Positions 49,835-64,000 of a stretch of DNA of 64,000 bases are shown here, piece after piece. The stretch is from Octopus sinensis. Taxonomy: Eukaryota. Numbering within the stretch: the first letter of the stretch is position 1; each line of letters begins with the position of its first letter. The notes under the pieces were generated by a model. It saw only the letters and a program-made list of their open reading frames with translations. It made no database searches and had not been told where the DNA came from. Location of the stretch: assembly GCF_006345805.1 (NCBI RefSeq), contig NC_043000.1:52638001-52702000 (forward strand), in the 5' to 3' direction. A program made the position numbers and the translations under genes.

Positions 49835-50235
49835 TTTTCTACTGTTTTATTTGTTTCAGTCATTTGAGGCCATGCTGGTGCATCACATTTAGTTGACCAA
49901 ATCGACCCGAGGACTTATGCTTCGTAAGCCTAGTACTTATTCTGTCGCTGACTTTTTGCCGAACCGCTAAGTTACGGGGACCTAAACACACCAGCATCGG
50001 TTCTCAAGCGATGTTAGGGGGACAAACACAGACTCACAAACGTACACACCCACACACATATGTATATATATATATATACGACGGGCTTCTTTCAGTTTCC
50101 GTCTACCAAATCCACCCATAAGGTTTTGGTCGGCCCGAGGCTATAGTGGAAGACACTCGACCAAGGGGGCACGCAGTGGGACTGAACCCGGAACCTCGTA
50201 GTTGGTAAGCAAGCTGCCTGCCACACAGCTACGCC
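49835..50235 (-). mobile_element. SINE family A, near full length, with internal microsatellite
   Basis: tRNA-like head (50080-50235), (CA)/(TA) linker, 3' body (49835-50040). Confidence 0.88.
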
Positions 50236-50441
50236 TGAAGAAATAAATGACTTAACATCTTGAGCGTTTGTCTCCGCTCTCAATTTTTCCTGTAGTGTCC
50301 AAACTACGTCTCGCTCCTCCCCGGAATTAACTCCCACACTGGTTGATCACTGATTCCCAAGACACGTATGTGACATCTGGCTACCTTGGATCTCCTGGAT
50401 CTGCGCTATAAATCGAGCATTTATACATCCTAATATATATG

Positions 50442-50518
<77 letters not shown>

Positions 50519-50536
50519 ATATATATGTATATGTAT

Positions 50537-50598
<62 letters not shown>

Positions 50599-50685
50599 AA
50601 TATGTATGTATGTATAATGTATGTAAGTATTTATATCGTTCACAGATTTAATATACCCTATATGTGTGTGTGTGTGTCTGTATGT

Positions 50686-51062
50686 GGAAGCGCAATGGCC
50701 CAGTGTTTAGGGCAACGGACGCGCTGTCACAGGATCGCAATTTCGATTCCCAGACCGGGCGTTCTGAGTGTCTATTGAGCGAAAACACTTAATGCTTCGC
50801 GAAGCCCTGGTAGGGGTTGGTGGCAAACCCTGCTGTACTCTTTCGCCACAACATTGTTTCACTCTTTCTTCCTGTTTCTGTTGTAGCTGTATTTCAAAGG
50901 GCAAGCTTTGTCACACTCTATGCCACGCGGAATCTCACTGAGAACTACGTCAAGGGTACATGTGTGTGGAGTGCTCAGCCACATGCATGTTAATTTCACC
51001 AGCTAGCTGTTCCATTGATTGGATCAACTGGAACTCTCGTTGTCGTAACCGACGGAGTACCG
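50686..51062 (+). mobile_element. SINE family B, full length
   Basis: Colinear with the reverse complement of 19631-20006. Confidence 0.9.
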
Positions 51063-51239
51063 TAGTACACACACACACACAAATACATATATATGTATAA
51101 ATATATAATAATCGTTTCTACACGAGGCACAATGCTTGAAATTTTGGGAGAGTGGGGGCCAGTCAATTAGATCGACTCCAATATGCGTCTATACTGCTAG
51201 TAGCAATTAAAAGTGAATGGCTAGAGCAAATGTATAAAT

Positions 51240-51935
51240 TACTGCACATGACTTCTGAATAGTACTGTTAATTGTGGGCTGCAGCCATTCTAGTACATAA
51301 CGATGAATGAAGCATGCTTCTATCTCTCCGGCCACGTAAAATCACAAAATACCCGGTACTGGGCGGTGGAGAAACCTCGCCTTCTCTATGGTATGAGCAG
51401 TAAAAAATCAGTGTTTGGAGTGCTGTTTCAGGGACACGCGTCATTGGATCGGCATTTTTTGACAGTACTGTCAACACGGAAGTCTACATGAATATTTTGA
51501 ACCAATTTTGTGTTCAACCAACTCAAGACGAAAGAAACGTGTATTTTCTTCTAGCAGGACGGGGCGACTTGTTATACGTCTCTAGTGTCCATGCAGCTAG
51601 TATATGAGTTCTTCTCTGAGGGACGCATAATATGCAGATATTTGTAGTCACAACAATCACCTGACCTTGCAACCTGTGATTGTTATCTCTGGAGATACTT
51701 GAACAGCACGACGTACGCACTAATTACAGGAACTGAACAACAATATCATACATGCAGTCGATGCAGTCGATGTCACTGTTCTACGCCGGCTATACCTAAA
51801 CCTAATTCCATGTGTACAGCTGTGTATTGATTCCACAGTGAACTATTTTCAAAATATTTCTAGCATTTATACATTTATAAATTCTATATTTTCAGTATAC
51901 TACGGACCCTGTTCTATGTTTCCGTGAACCACCTT
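51240..51935 (+). mobile_element. Tc1/mariner-superfamily transposase remnant (catalytic domain)
   Basis: 'NEACFYLSGHVKSQNTRYW' (SDEAHFHL.G.VNKQN.RYW), 'QDGATC', 'SPDLATCDCYLWRYL'. Confidence 0.8.
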
Positions 51936-53699
51936 GCTTTCTATGGAAGAGACGAAGAATACTAAGAAAATGAGTTAGGTAACGTATTCAACCAATTTAG
52001 CTGTTGAAGTAGCATTGTTATTTAAAAGTAGTTTGAAAATGCCGTTTAAATGACTACAGAAATATAATTTACATGCTAAATCAAGACGATATTAACTTAA
52101 TAGTCTATAAAATATTACCAGCCTATCGCCTTAACGTATTGCATTGTTCATTTTAGATACAACTTTTTCTCGATGAACGCGAAGATAAATCGGTCACACT
52201 TCCTCTTTGGTGCTTGTTAGATTTCATATCTTATCCTCACGTTGAGTATTTTATTGTAAAATATTAGTGCCCATATATCAAGTGATTTGTTTTTTTTTCT
52301 AACATATTTGAATGTATAGTTCTGTGGACAAGAAGTTACGTAAAATATATTATATACAGTTGTTTTTTATGTGAATTATCATATAAAGAATATGAATGTA
52401 GCTGTTTCAATTGTTTGTTTATCAAGCCTAATTTATGAAAGACTCCTTTTCTAGAAAATATAATGATAAGTAACATATTCCGAGGTTTGGGATATTATCG
52501 TATTTTATTTAGTTTTTGGACTAGACAGAAATTCAATAAGCCAGAATCAAGATGGAAAATATAATAAATGTCTAATTTCCAACATTAGTGAGTAATAAAG
52601 AAATCGTTCCAGCTTCACGAAGATAAATATATAACATCATGAATGGAGATCTGAGAAAAAGAGAGAAGCTATATAGATCTAATGCTTCATACATTAGAGG
52701 AGTTTGCTATATTTAAGTTTAATTTTTCTTATAAAATAGGATTCCTATCTCTCGAAACTCATATAACCGAAGGAAAACAAATAACTTTGTAGGACAAAGA
52801 GTTATCCAAAGAAATAACTTCGCATACTTTTGAAATATTTATTTATGAAGATATTATTGAAATTTACAAAACTACTTGATTTTCAAACAATATAATTTTC
52901 TATAACGGTATAACAATAAACCAGACGATATTTGTTGCTGAATTCTACTTAACAAAAATGTGGTTCCAGATGATCTCCGAGCACAGGCTTTTATATATAT
53001 CTTCGGTGTTTATTCTTCTTAATTTTCTTTTCTCAATTAACTTCAGAAAATAAAGATATATCTTGAAGGCTTTGATATATACATTTGCAGCAACTCACAG
53101 CGATAATATATGTGTATAGAGATAGATAGAAAGATAGAAATTTATTCACACAACATAATATACGTGTCTACACACACATAGGCGCACACATACACACACA
53201 AACACACACATTTACATATCTATCTATCTATCTATCTATCTATATTTCTGTCTGTCTGTCTTTTACCATCTTGCTGCCCAAACCACGGAACCAATCTTCA
53301 CCAATCGACGTGTTGAACTAACATCAAGTCCAATTATAGGCAAATTGGATTTCAATAAAAATCGATAATGGACTGACTACGGTTGTTGGGGTATTAGTTG
53401 AAAAAATGAGAGGGGTACAAAAGTATCCGGGTTCAGGGAAATGTGACATATCGAGGAAGTGGAGGTGACAGGAAGAGATAGACACTCAGGGAATGTGAGA
53501 GACAGACAGAGAGAACATAAGACAGGGACACTTCCAAATATATAACAGAGCGCGCGTGTGGGTGTTTGTGTGTGCGTATCTTCCGACTGAGTTGCCGATT
53601 GTGACGTAACGCGTGGCGTATCAAAATATTCAGAAATCTTACGACTACCAAATAAACTTTATTTTCATTTACATATTTCAATTTAAAAAAATTACTTTA

Positions 53700-54319
53700 T
53701 AATTTATATCGTCCTTGGACGAATATTGTACGCACCTTTTGCTTTGACGGTTAATAGCGGCCAAACCAATGCTAGGATCGAGCTGAAAATTGGTAGGGAT
53801 ACTAAATGCGTAGTGAGGATGAGACCCATGATAGTGAACATTGGCAACCTATAAAGATGTGGTTGCTATGGCAAAAAGAGTGAAAAGTCAACGTCTTTAA
53901 ACGGACTTTGACATGTGTTTGTTTCTCACTTACGGTTATCGCCCTTTCTTCTTCAATCTCTCTCTTTTCCCCTTCCATCCTCATTTTCTCTATAACGGCT
54001 TTTGACAGCTTCTCCTCACTCATTTTCCCTCTCCGTACTCGCTGTGTCTCTGTCGCTCTTTTCTCCCAGCCACTCTCTCTCTCTCTCTGTACGTCTTTCT
54101 GCATCTATAGAGAAAATCGTTGACAGCCGCAAGTGTGATTAATGGAGAGGAATAAAATAGTAAATAATTATATTGTGTCGGCAATATATTTCACTCTCTT
54201 GAAGTTTAAATATTCAAGCTTCAGGACTTTTACAACGGTGAATTATTATCGCCTACCGTCCCCACATAATAATGATAACAAATGTTATTTATGAGATATT
54301 TATTATGTTAATTGATATA

Positions 54320-54382
<63 letters not shown>

Positions 54383-54718
54383 ATATATATATATATATGT
54401 ATGCGTGTGTGTGTGTGTATATATATATATATCTAAAGTGTATATATCGATATTTGAATATATGTGTGTATATACATATAATGTGTGCATATGCGGTCGG
54501 ATTGAGCTAAAAATTTGGACTCCAATGTTAAAATTGCTGGCGAGTTTGCATAGCAATTTTGAGTTTGCTCATTTGAAATAAGTGGCCTCCAGAGCAACAT
54601 CCTTCATCTTTTAAAGTGTGGCCCGTGTAGACCCGAATGAAACCAGGTTAAAATACCAAGACAAGTAAAACAACAATAAACTATTTTAATCCTGAGCAAG
54701 GCCGGGTTTGTCTTCTAG
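53700..54718 (+). mobile_element. Non-autonomous Helitron (5' boundary uncertain)
   Basis: 3' end CCTGAGCAAGGCCGGG-TTTGTCTT-CTAG/T (CTAG at 54715-54718). Its CT-rich module resembles 49200-49400 of the large Helitron. Confidence 0.6.
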
Positions 54719-55235
54719 TCTTTTCTAAAAGTCAACTATCGTAAACATTTCATACCACGATTACAACGACGACGACATCTCATTTTATATAACAGTGCGT
54801 ACTTTAAAAGACATTCATTTCTCGATATGTTATGAAGAAATACAGTCACTCACACTCTCTCTCACACACACACGCACACGCACACGCACACATATATACA
54901 AAAATGTATGCATATGTATTTATGAATGTATATATGAGACAGACACAGAGACCGAGTGAATGTCGTTTAACTCTTCTTTCTAGCATGTCGGTTTTTTTCT
55001 GGTGGTGCTCTAATAAGTTTCACCTCTGCTATTTCAGTACAATTGTTCGCATGCGTGAAAGATCAGACGAAAATGAAACATTGGGTGTTTTTAGCTTTTT
55101 GGTGGGTCTGCGGGGTGAGGGAAGGGGCACTGAGTGTTAAAGTTAAACTTTAAAATATATATATATATTTCCCAGATTCGTAATCTCTATATTTTTCTAT
55201 ATGGATAAATGCAAAAGAAAAATTATTAAAAAAAC

Positions 55236-55336
55236 GTTTTTTGCTCAATAAACACACACAACGCCTGGTCTGGGAATCGAAACCGCGATCCTCCGACCGC
55301 GAGTCCGCCACCCTAACCATTGGGCCATTGCGCCTC
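55236..55336 (-). mobile_element. SINE family B, 5' head only
   Basis: Near-identical to 19910-20006. Confidence 0.9.
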
Positions 55337-55466
55337 TACTGTTGATGCAGCTCATAAGAAAGGAACAAATAATACAATATGGTTGCATGTCATAATAGCC
55401 AGGCAACGAAGAGATGCATTATAGTGTGTCCGTTTGGATATATATACATATGTATATGTATAAATG

Positions 55467-55513
<47 letters not shown>

Positions 55514-55544
55514 TGTGTGTGTGTGTGTATGTATATATGTATGT

Positions 55545-55832
55545 ATGTAAAATCGACCCCGGGACATATTCTCTGTATGGTACTTATTTTATCGGTGTTT
55601 TTTGTCGAACCTCTAAGTTGTGGGGACGTAAACACAACAGCATCGGATGTCAAGCGATGTTAGGGTGGGCAAAAACCGACACACAAACATAAGCACACAC
55701 AAGAACACATATATACGAGGAGCTTCTTTTAGTTACCGTCTACCAAATCCACTGACAAGGCTTTGATCGGCCCGAGACTAGAGTAGAAAACACCTGCCCA
55801 AGTTGCCACGCAGTGGGACTGAACCCGGAACC
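55545..55832 (-). mobile_element. SINE family A, partial
   Basis: Homologous to 49890-50195. Confidence 0.85.
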
Positions 55833-55863
55833 ATATATATGCATGTATATGTATATCTATCTA

Positions 55864-55906
<43 letters not shown>

Positions 55907-57388
55907 TGTATGTATGTATATGTATACATGTCTGTGTACGTATTATGTGTGTATACAAACGCTTACACCTATATGTATGGAATTGTGAACGCGGGCAATT
56001 CTAATGATATCACCTATTTTCAAAAGAAAAAGAAACAGCAAAGCAACGTTATAAGAGGTAAGCAAATATATTCTTAGACTTATAGAATTAAATTGAAATA
56101 CATTTAATAGTCTTCATTTGATTGCTTGCCAAAACCTTCTTGAAAACAACTTTTCAAATGCATCTTTTCTATTATACGTTACTCACAATGTACATTCCTC
56201 TATAGATATGCGAAAGTTCTTGCTATTCGTTTTATGTTCTTAATGTTGGTGAAGATTTAAATGTGTTTTTCAACATGTGACTATATTTGAGGAAATGGTA
56301 GATCCATAATGGGGAAAATAAAATATGTTAACCGGTACATATTTGAAGCTTCCTCAATATATATTATAGAAGTATTTGTTACAATTTATCATATCCGATC
56401 TTTTCTTTAAAATTCCGAAAGTCTGTAATATGTGATTAATGTAGCTCTAATTGATATCAAGTGACCTCCATTGATCTCATATTGCACTGCATTGATGAAT
56501 TTGAAAGACGTAGTCATTGTCTCTCCGAGATATATAAAATCATATTACTGACTTTTAAATGTGTGGCATTAGATCGAAATTATCTATTTCAAGACGAATT
56601 GTACATACAAATCCATCGAGAAATATTCGGTTATCTATTAGTTGAAAATCGTTTAGTTCCATCATTCTGGAATGTGCGTAAGTTAAAAGACATGTAGATA
56701 CTGAAATAAAATTCTATCAGTTTTCATGAAGCAAAGACAGCATAAAAATCCCAATCTTCACTACTCGTTTGTGGTTGCTCATATAATACAGATAAAATGA
56801 ATACCCTGCGTACTTTTGCATGTGAGTAGACGAATATATCATGCGTTCTCGGAATAACATTTAAACAGATGAATGAAGCCAGTCAAATATCAATGACTAA
56901 TATTTTGATTTGTTTACAAATGCCTCTGTCGATATGTTGTAGAACTGCTGACCTAATTCAATCGTTTGAATAATCGAGTGCCAGAAAATATTTGAAAAAT
57001 TCATTTATAAAAATGTTGTAGAAAAAAAAACAATTCTTGAACTATATTGTTGCGTTTCTTAAAATAGTGCAGAATAGTTCCAACAACATTTAAAATATAT
57101 GATATCATAAAGTTAATTATGGAATGAAGCATGCTTAAATAATCTGTCTCGTTGCAAAATATTATACTTAATCGTGTTTCTCTTTTTTCTCATGCTTTTG
57201 CTATGATAGTTTTCATCTCAATGAAAGTTTTCTCTAAAACCGAGAGTTCATGCAGTATGAACTATCGATAACATATACATACCTTCCCAAGATAGGTACC
57301 CTTCATATCTTGCCATTTACTCGCATTAGTCATTGGTCTCTTATAGGGTTAAGTCAAGCAAAAACAAAAATCCATACATACATATATA

Positions 57389-57476
<88 letters not shown>

Positions 57477-57489
57477 ATGTATTTATACG

Positions 57490-57645
57490 GCAAGATTCTT
57501 TCAGTCTCCGTCTACGAAATCCATTCACAAGACTTTGATCATCCCGGCACTATAGCAGATGAAATGCCCAAGATGCCACGCAGTAGAGCAGATCCCGGAA
57601 CTATGCGCTTGGAAAGTACGCTTATTACCACATGGCATTTACAAA
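57490..57645 (-). mobile_element. SINE family A head, degraded
   Basis: TTCTTTCAGTCTCCGTCTAC.AAATCCA..GCCACGCAGT..CCCGGAAC. Confidence 0.75.
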
Positions 57646-59338
57646 ACAAAATTCATATGTCATTGCCAAATATTCGCAGTATACCTCGTACACCATACAA
57701 GCGATTATGAAGTAGAAAACTTCAGACGCATGTTTGCAGATTTGGTGTCCGCGACAATTCTTTTCTTATAATTGTGTTTCTCCTACAGGTTGAGATTTGA
57801 ATCAATATTTAAAATACACTATAGAAAACACAGATATATACGTTCATCATTGCTTCGATTAAATTTATTTACGCATTAAAAATCACTGGCTTCTGTTATA
57901 AACAAGACTCAGTGAATCGCACCAGACAACTATAAGCATAATTTATGAAAAGAATAAGATTTTATATTTAAACGTATCTATATACTCCTACAGTGTAGGG
58001 ATTTGTTATTATATGCGTGATGTTTGTTATTATATCCGTGACGTTTTCTTAACACACAGATCTTTACTTCCTTGGTATTTCTGTAGCCAGCCTATCAAAT
58101 TGTTCATATGATGAAACATTACGTAAAGATGGTTGCATGTTATATATTTATATAATATTGCTTTTCACTCGTATCTGAGGAAGAAAGTCACTGACCATTG
58201 CCCATGCGGAATGGCAGGAATGCTCGTGGGTGAGGTTATTGCAACAGCAGTCGGCTACTCATGGCTTCGAATACAAGGCTTCTATACGCGCTGTGGCGTC
58301 CTCCTACTCGACTGGGCAATGGAGGGTCACGTTACTGCAATTGCACAATCTAAAATTTTAGGTCGAATAAGGCTTGCGCAGCACCACACAGGCCCAATCG
58401 ACCCTACTGACATGATGCACAGACAATCTAGATCAAGATATTCAATGCCAACATGGGCTGCAGACTCGGGAATGTTGAAGCACCATGACTTCAAGCAAAA
58501 GATCTCCAAAATGTTGAACGTCCTTCTCTGCATATGCTAACATGTGTTTTTCTCATAGTGGACTTCCACAAGCCGGATACCTGCCCATAATTTCTGAGTG
58601 CACGTGCTATTGCTAGATAGTCGTTTGACCTTTTGACAGGTCTTCTTCTTCATCCAGCTGAGTCTGGGTATCTAGCAATGCTCCAAACCAGGTAAGCCTA
58701 CTGAGAGTGACAGCTTAGTCACAGACGACGTGACAATGCAGCAGGTTATACTGGATTCTACGTTATCAGGAGCACTCACTTATGACAGACTTCACATGTA
58801 ACCTCACAGATACACAGACGTATATATATATATATATATGTATGTATATGCAGATATATATGTAGTACACCCACACATATATATATATATATATATATAT
58901 AAATTATTGTTTCTTCATTGACTGATAGTTGTGCAATGCCTATCAATAAATCAAGTGCTGTTTATTTTATTACGTTTTTCCTGAACATGAATAAGACTTC
59001 AACATATTTCTCTGCTTCTGAGAATTAGAGACTTACTAAATATATTTAATCCTTTATAAAATCATACTTTTCAATGCGCAACAAATATCTATACCTCTTA
59101 GATATTATTTCACTAAATTTGTGTTTTAAACACGAAATATTCGTATTAATCTTTTACTCTTTTTTTTTTAATAGTAATTTTTTGAATCGTATGAAACTAT
59201 TCTTTGAACAACAAAATGCCGATTCAATTTTGCTGCGAGGGAAATATGATTTTGCTTTCTGATTAAGTTATGCAATAATAGTATGTCACGCATAATCCGT
59301 AAAGTTGAAAGAAGATGTACATCACGAACTGGGATATA

Positions 59339-59556
59339 TGCAAGGATGCTGAAAAATTCGTGGCTTTGGATAAAAGAAAGTAAAGAAGGATAAGTTAATT
59401 ATGGCTTTAATTAACACATTCCCTTCTTAAATTCACACACTTATTGCAGCGGGCCTTCAGTCTTTCTAGGCTCTGTAAAAGAACGTGGAAGGTTAGGTAT
59501 ACAACCAGACCTTTCGCGATAACTGAAAGACAGGAACTTGTGAAAAACCTGTCGTT
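59339..59556. mobile_element. ~220-bp mariner-derived MITE, degraded
   Basis: Imperfect TIRs: GCAAGGATGCTGAAAAATTCGTGGCTTT versus the reverse complement of AAAGACAGGAACTTGTGAAAAACCTGTCG. Confidence 0.55.
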
Positions 59557-60003
59557 GTACAGAAGGTACGTTTCACTCGTTGGCTATGAGAAAATTTGCA
59601 ACAAAACAAAAGGAATATATTAAATCATTATACTATGAATACAGTAAAGCTTTTTGAAGTTTTTGAAGAATGATACGTGTTTGAGGACGGATACAAAGTA
59701 CACACAAAATATTCAGTATAATGTAATCTATAATACTATTAGATGAAACTGAAAGAATCAAGAGGGATTATGTAATACAGGATCAGTTTTCTTTCTTTGA
59801 GAAAGAAAATCCGCATTGGCTTTCTACGCCACACATTTAAAATAATCAATTTATTACCTGACCACTAGATTCGAAATGAAGAATTAGAAATGGATATTAA
59901 CTCATGGAAGGATACAGGCAGAAACATAGTCTCACACACACACACGCTCACAAACGAACAACCACAAACACACGCGCACACACAAACACACACACACGCA
60001 CAT

Positions 60004-60036
<33 letters not shown>

Positions 60037-61309
60037 CACACATATAAATATATATATATATATAGCTGTTTAACTTCCTATAGGCAAAGGTCGCTGTATA
60101 ACTAATAGACGCAGTGATTTTCGTCTGAATGATTACTTCCCACGGAAGCTAGTATTATTATAATAACAATCCTTCATAAAAGAGGTTCCTAACATGTAAT
60201 GGTTTTTATATGATTATATCAAATGGTTCATGATTAATCATTTGTTACTACCATCTGCCGTAACGTATATTCCACGTCATAAGTTAGGTTATCAGTTGAT
60301 ATAGTTCCACTTAACATACTGTTGTCTTCGTTTTTCGAAGTCTAGAAATAGAAACTAGTCACAAAATATATTAACATTTCTATTACACGAATTCTAAGGC
60401 CTTACATTTTCCCTTTTGCTTGACAAAATCATGTATTTGACAGTGACGTAATTATTGCTTGAGATCGCTGAAATGATACTCATTTAGTTAATTATATTTT
60501 TGTTTGGTTATTATAAAGAAGAAATAATTAATTTACCCAAGATAAAACTCTGAGTTTCGGATGCCGAGGTGGAAATCAACACCACCATCTCTTCGGTTAT
60601 TTGGCCAGATAATTTGGAGAGGGAGAAGAAAACAACAATGGGATCAAGAAATGCTAATATAGACACATTTATGTTTCTCCTTATCACAATCATGTGATCT
60701 AATGCAGATGGTATTCTAAATCCACCAAGCATTAAAATCACTTGTAACTGACAATAATAAAATAGTTTATGTCCCACCTATCATCTCTCTTTCTGGCATA
60801 CACCACTATCTTACTGACATTTGAGATATTTTCCTCTATGTCGACGTAGCGAATTTATAATCATTTTAAATTAGGGATATGGAAGCGTATATGACATTAA
60901 TCAAATTATGATCAGCAGGGAGAAATCAACTGTCAATTCCTAGTGACTTTAATTCTTAGTGGATGTAGAATAATAGCCGCATTAGATCCTTTCATTATGA
61001 TAAGAAGAAAGATAAATGTAGCTATATTACCATCTCCTGACATATATTGTTATTCTGTTTGGCCACTTCAAATTATAGTTAGGGTATTTCCTCCCTAAAT
61101 TCATTCTGCTACATTACTAGAAACAGGCATATAAGTATTTTATTCTGTAGTTCTAATAAACAATTTGCTAAAAAATTATATATTGAAAACATATAGCATC
61201 TTTGGCGTCGGAGGAAGGCGAGCTATTTCAATTAATGCTTGGAATGATCGATTAAGTGGAGCTGCTTGAAACGGCCGTAATGCACTAATGCCTTCACATC
61301 CTTGTTACC

Positions 61310-61680
61310 CATTATATATATATATACATAAATGTATATATACATATGTATACATGTATATATATATATATATGTATATATTTATATATATATATGTATA
61401 CATATATGTATATATCTGTATATGTATATACATATATATGCATATATCTGTATATGTGTATATATATATATGTATATATGCTTATATATATGTATATATG
61501 TATATATATGCATATATATATGTATATATGTATATATATATATATGTATATTTATATATTTATATATTTATATACGTATATATATGTATATATGTATAAA
61601 TGTATATATATATATATAATATATATATATATATGTATGTATATATATATATATATGTGTGTCTGTGTGTGTGTGTGTAC
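61310..61680. repeat. Long degenerate (AT)/(GT) low-complexity tract
   Basis: Directly visible. Confidence 0.95.
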
Positions 61681-62129
61681 ATACTCTCTACAATATGTAC
61701 CCAGTAATCCTTCTGATGAATGTGATATTGCTTTTGTTATACTCGTGTATATATATATATATATATAATATGAATTCATATTTAAACGAACACTTCTCCT
61801 TTTCTCTCGGTATATACAACTCGCAGACACATGGATATATATGTATATATAACCTCTCTGCATATAAACATAAATATAGACATATAAAGAGATCGAATGA
61901 TAGTAGGAGATAGAGATAGAGAAATTTACTGGAGTTCTTGCTGCAATGGTAATTTCAGATGAGATAATATTTCCCAATAATCCTGCCTCTAACACAACCA
62001 TGATTGAAGTCGGGTTTAATGCGAAAATATTTTTTGAATTATGAAGAAATACTCTTAAAAGTAAGCAACAACATTTTTAGGAATGCAACGTTTTCTCAAT
62101 GCGGGATATATCTGCCAATGCATAAAATA

Positions 62130-62520
62130 ATATACATGTCCATTGACATACAAGGGTCCCATGATATGCTCGTGAAATACCATCTGAATACTGAAATTAA
62201 ATTACCTGTACAATGATGATTCATGCAGGGTATTAAAATGCCGACATCATATCTTCGGCTCATTGTACTGTGAACGTGAACAGTTGCAGCCAGGACTACG
62301 AAGCCACAGCCAGCAGAAAGGGACGCAACATGCATTTTAACTGCATTTGTATGCCGGAATTCATCCAAAAACTGCAGAACCAAAGTGATAGAATGTCCGA
62401 GCAAGGGAATCCGGGCTTTAGTGAAGGCGATGTGTACAAGAGTTGCCACCATGAAGTTGGCTCTGAATGGGGAGGACCTTCGCTACTAATTGTACTAGAC
62501 GAGCAAGGGAAAATTCTGAC
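62130..62520 (+). mobile_element. Possible APE endonuclease remnant of an RTE-like LINE
   Basis: 'SHDMLVKYHLNTEI' resembles HDMLVVMGDLNAKV; 'QNQSDRM..EVGSE' resembles QNQIDH..DVGSDH. Confidence 0.35.
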
Positions 62521-62724
62521 AACCGAGACCATGTAGAACCCCTGGGCAAAGGGGAAGAATATTTGGACAAGCTCATGCATTCTGTTGAGCTCCAGTTGAT
62601 CTTGTTATTCTCATATCTAAAATGCTTCTGTCAGGACAGCTTACATGACACCGATAAATACACGATGGTTGCTTGCCAATATCCGTGTGATATGCTACGT
62701 AACGTTGAAGCCAAGCTGCTCTAA

Positions 62725-63270
62725 ATTGCGGTGTTAGTTGTATGTATCTCCGATGGGGATGGCGTGATATCGGCCAATAAAACCTTAGATGTGAAACTAA
62801 AAGATGGTGATTAATTTCTAGTTGGAGAGGATGACTGCTAAAACGAGTATGTATGGCAGCAGCATTCGACTCCCCGGAAAGAGTCAGAAATAATTGTCAC
62901 AAAACCATGATTTCATCAGCCCTAGTTTTTGGCCAGCTAAATCCACCGACTATGATCTCGTGGATTACTATGAGCAAGGCGCAGTTGAGAAAGACATTGT
63001 GCGCCCTGCTTATAATAGCAAGGCTGAGCTGGGGCCCAGGATCAAGTAGGTGCCCGAAAAGCATCTCAGTAACACATGTCCCACATTACAGAGTTGCCTT
63101 GAGCTATGTTGGATCTAAAGACGTCCACTTTGTGTAAAGTGATATCTCCGAGACATAATCTAGATGACATTCTTTTGACTTTTTAAAACTACCTATAGTT
63201 TTGAACGGTATATTGAGCATCCTTCTTCTTTTACACCAACTATCAAATTGTCCCCGAATACCCTCTACAT
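62725..63270 (+). mobile_element. maT/DD37D-like mariner remnant (C-terminal half)
   Basis: 'VLVVCISDGDGV', 'YVWQQHSTP' (YVWQQDSAP), 'DFISPSFWPAKSTDYDLVDYY' (WPPNSPDLNPLDYY). Possible TIR remnant TGTCCCCGAATACC near 63250. Confidence 0.75.
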
Positions 63271-63573
63271 AGAATTGCTTCGAGAATATCAACTTATATG
63301 GATATCAAGGTCTAATGAAAAATCATGTGTGATGAACTACTATCGTGGTACAATGTTCATTAGATTTCGATGGATATAACGTATACTGGATGCTTTCAGC
63401 ATTAATCCACTATCTACTACATTCTTCATTATCAGTTACTGATTTCTTCCACGTACAAATTAATGAATGTTACCTAATCTAAATCGTGGAACAGCTCTGA
63501 AAATTTAGGATTAAATAGTGTATGCACGTATGTATGTATGCATGTGTTAATGCATGCATGTTTGTATGTCCAC

Positions 63574-63574
<1 letters not shown>

Positions 63575-63647
<73 letters not shown>

Positions 63648-63648
63648 A

Positions 63649-63686
<38 letters not shown>

Positions 63687-63720
63687 ACTATCTATCTGTC
63701 TGTCTGTCTTTCTATCTATA
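63575..63720. repeat. (CTAT)n microsatellite
   Basis: Directly visible. Confidence 0.95.
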
Positions 63721-64000
63721 TATCCATCCTTACACCTATCAATTATATATATATATATTTGATAGATGGATGGCTTATATACTATAATTATAGGCATAAT
63801 TATAACCAGTTCTTGGCTTGCATATAATTATGTATATAATTATAAAATATTTATAATATTTATTTATGAGGTTTTTTTCCGCGCTGAAGAGTTGTTAACA
63901 ATAATTTATGATTTTACTTTTTATGATATATATATATATATATATATCAGATATGATATATATATATATCAGATATATTTATACCAATATATATCTCCTG

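Overview
AT-rich eukaryotic DNA, dense in microsatellites and transposable elements. The tRNA-derived SINE families and repeat style suggest a cephalopod, probably Octopus (inference, not verified). No intact host protein-coding gene, rRNA, true tRNA or CRISPR array is supportable, and most ORFs in the track are microsatellite translations. Recognisable content: (1) at least eight R4/Dong-like RLE non-LTR retrotransposon fragments, all on the minus strand, confined to 7.7-27.3 kb and tied to trinucleotide arrays; (2) a 4.3-kb Helitron (45349-49632) with both termini, damaged Rep motifs and a nearly intact Pif1 helicase, plus non-autonomous Helitrons; (3) several Tc1/mariner remnants, one with both TIRs, and MITEs; (4) a piggyBac remnant and two Penelope-like remnants; (5) three SINE families; (6) an unclassified element with 140-bp TIRs and an ~870-bp diverged fold-back; (7) two near-identical tandem duplications bounded by microsatellites. 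A few short + strand exon candidates hint at a host gene with very long introns, but none could be assembled. Boundaries of degraded elements are approximate (tens of bp).
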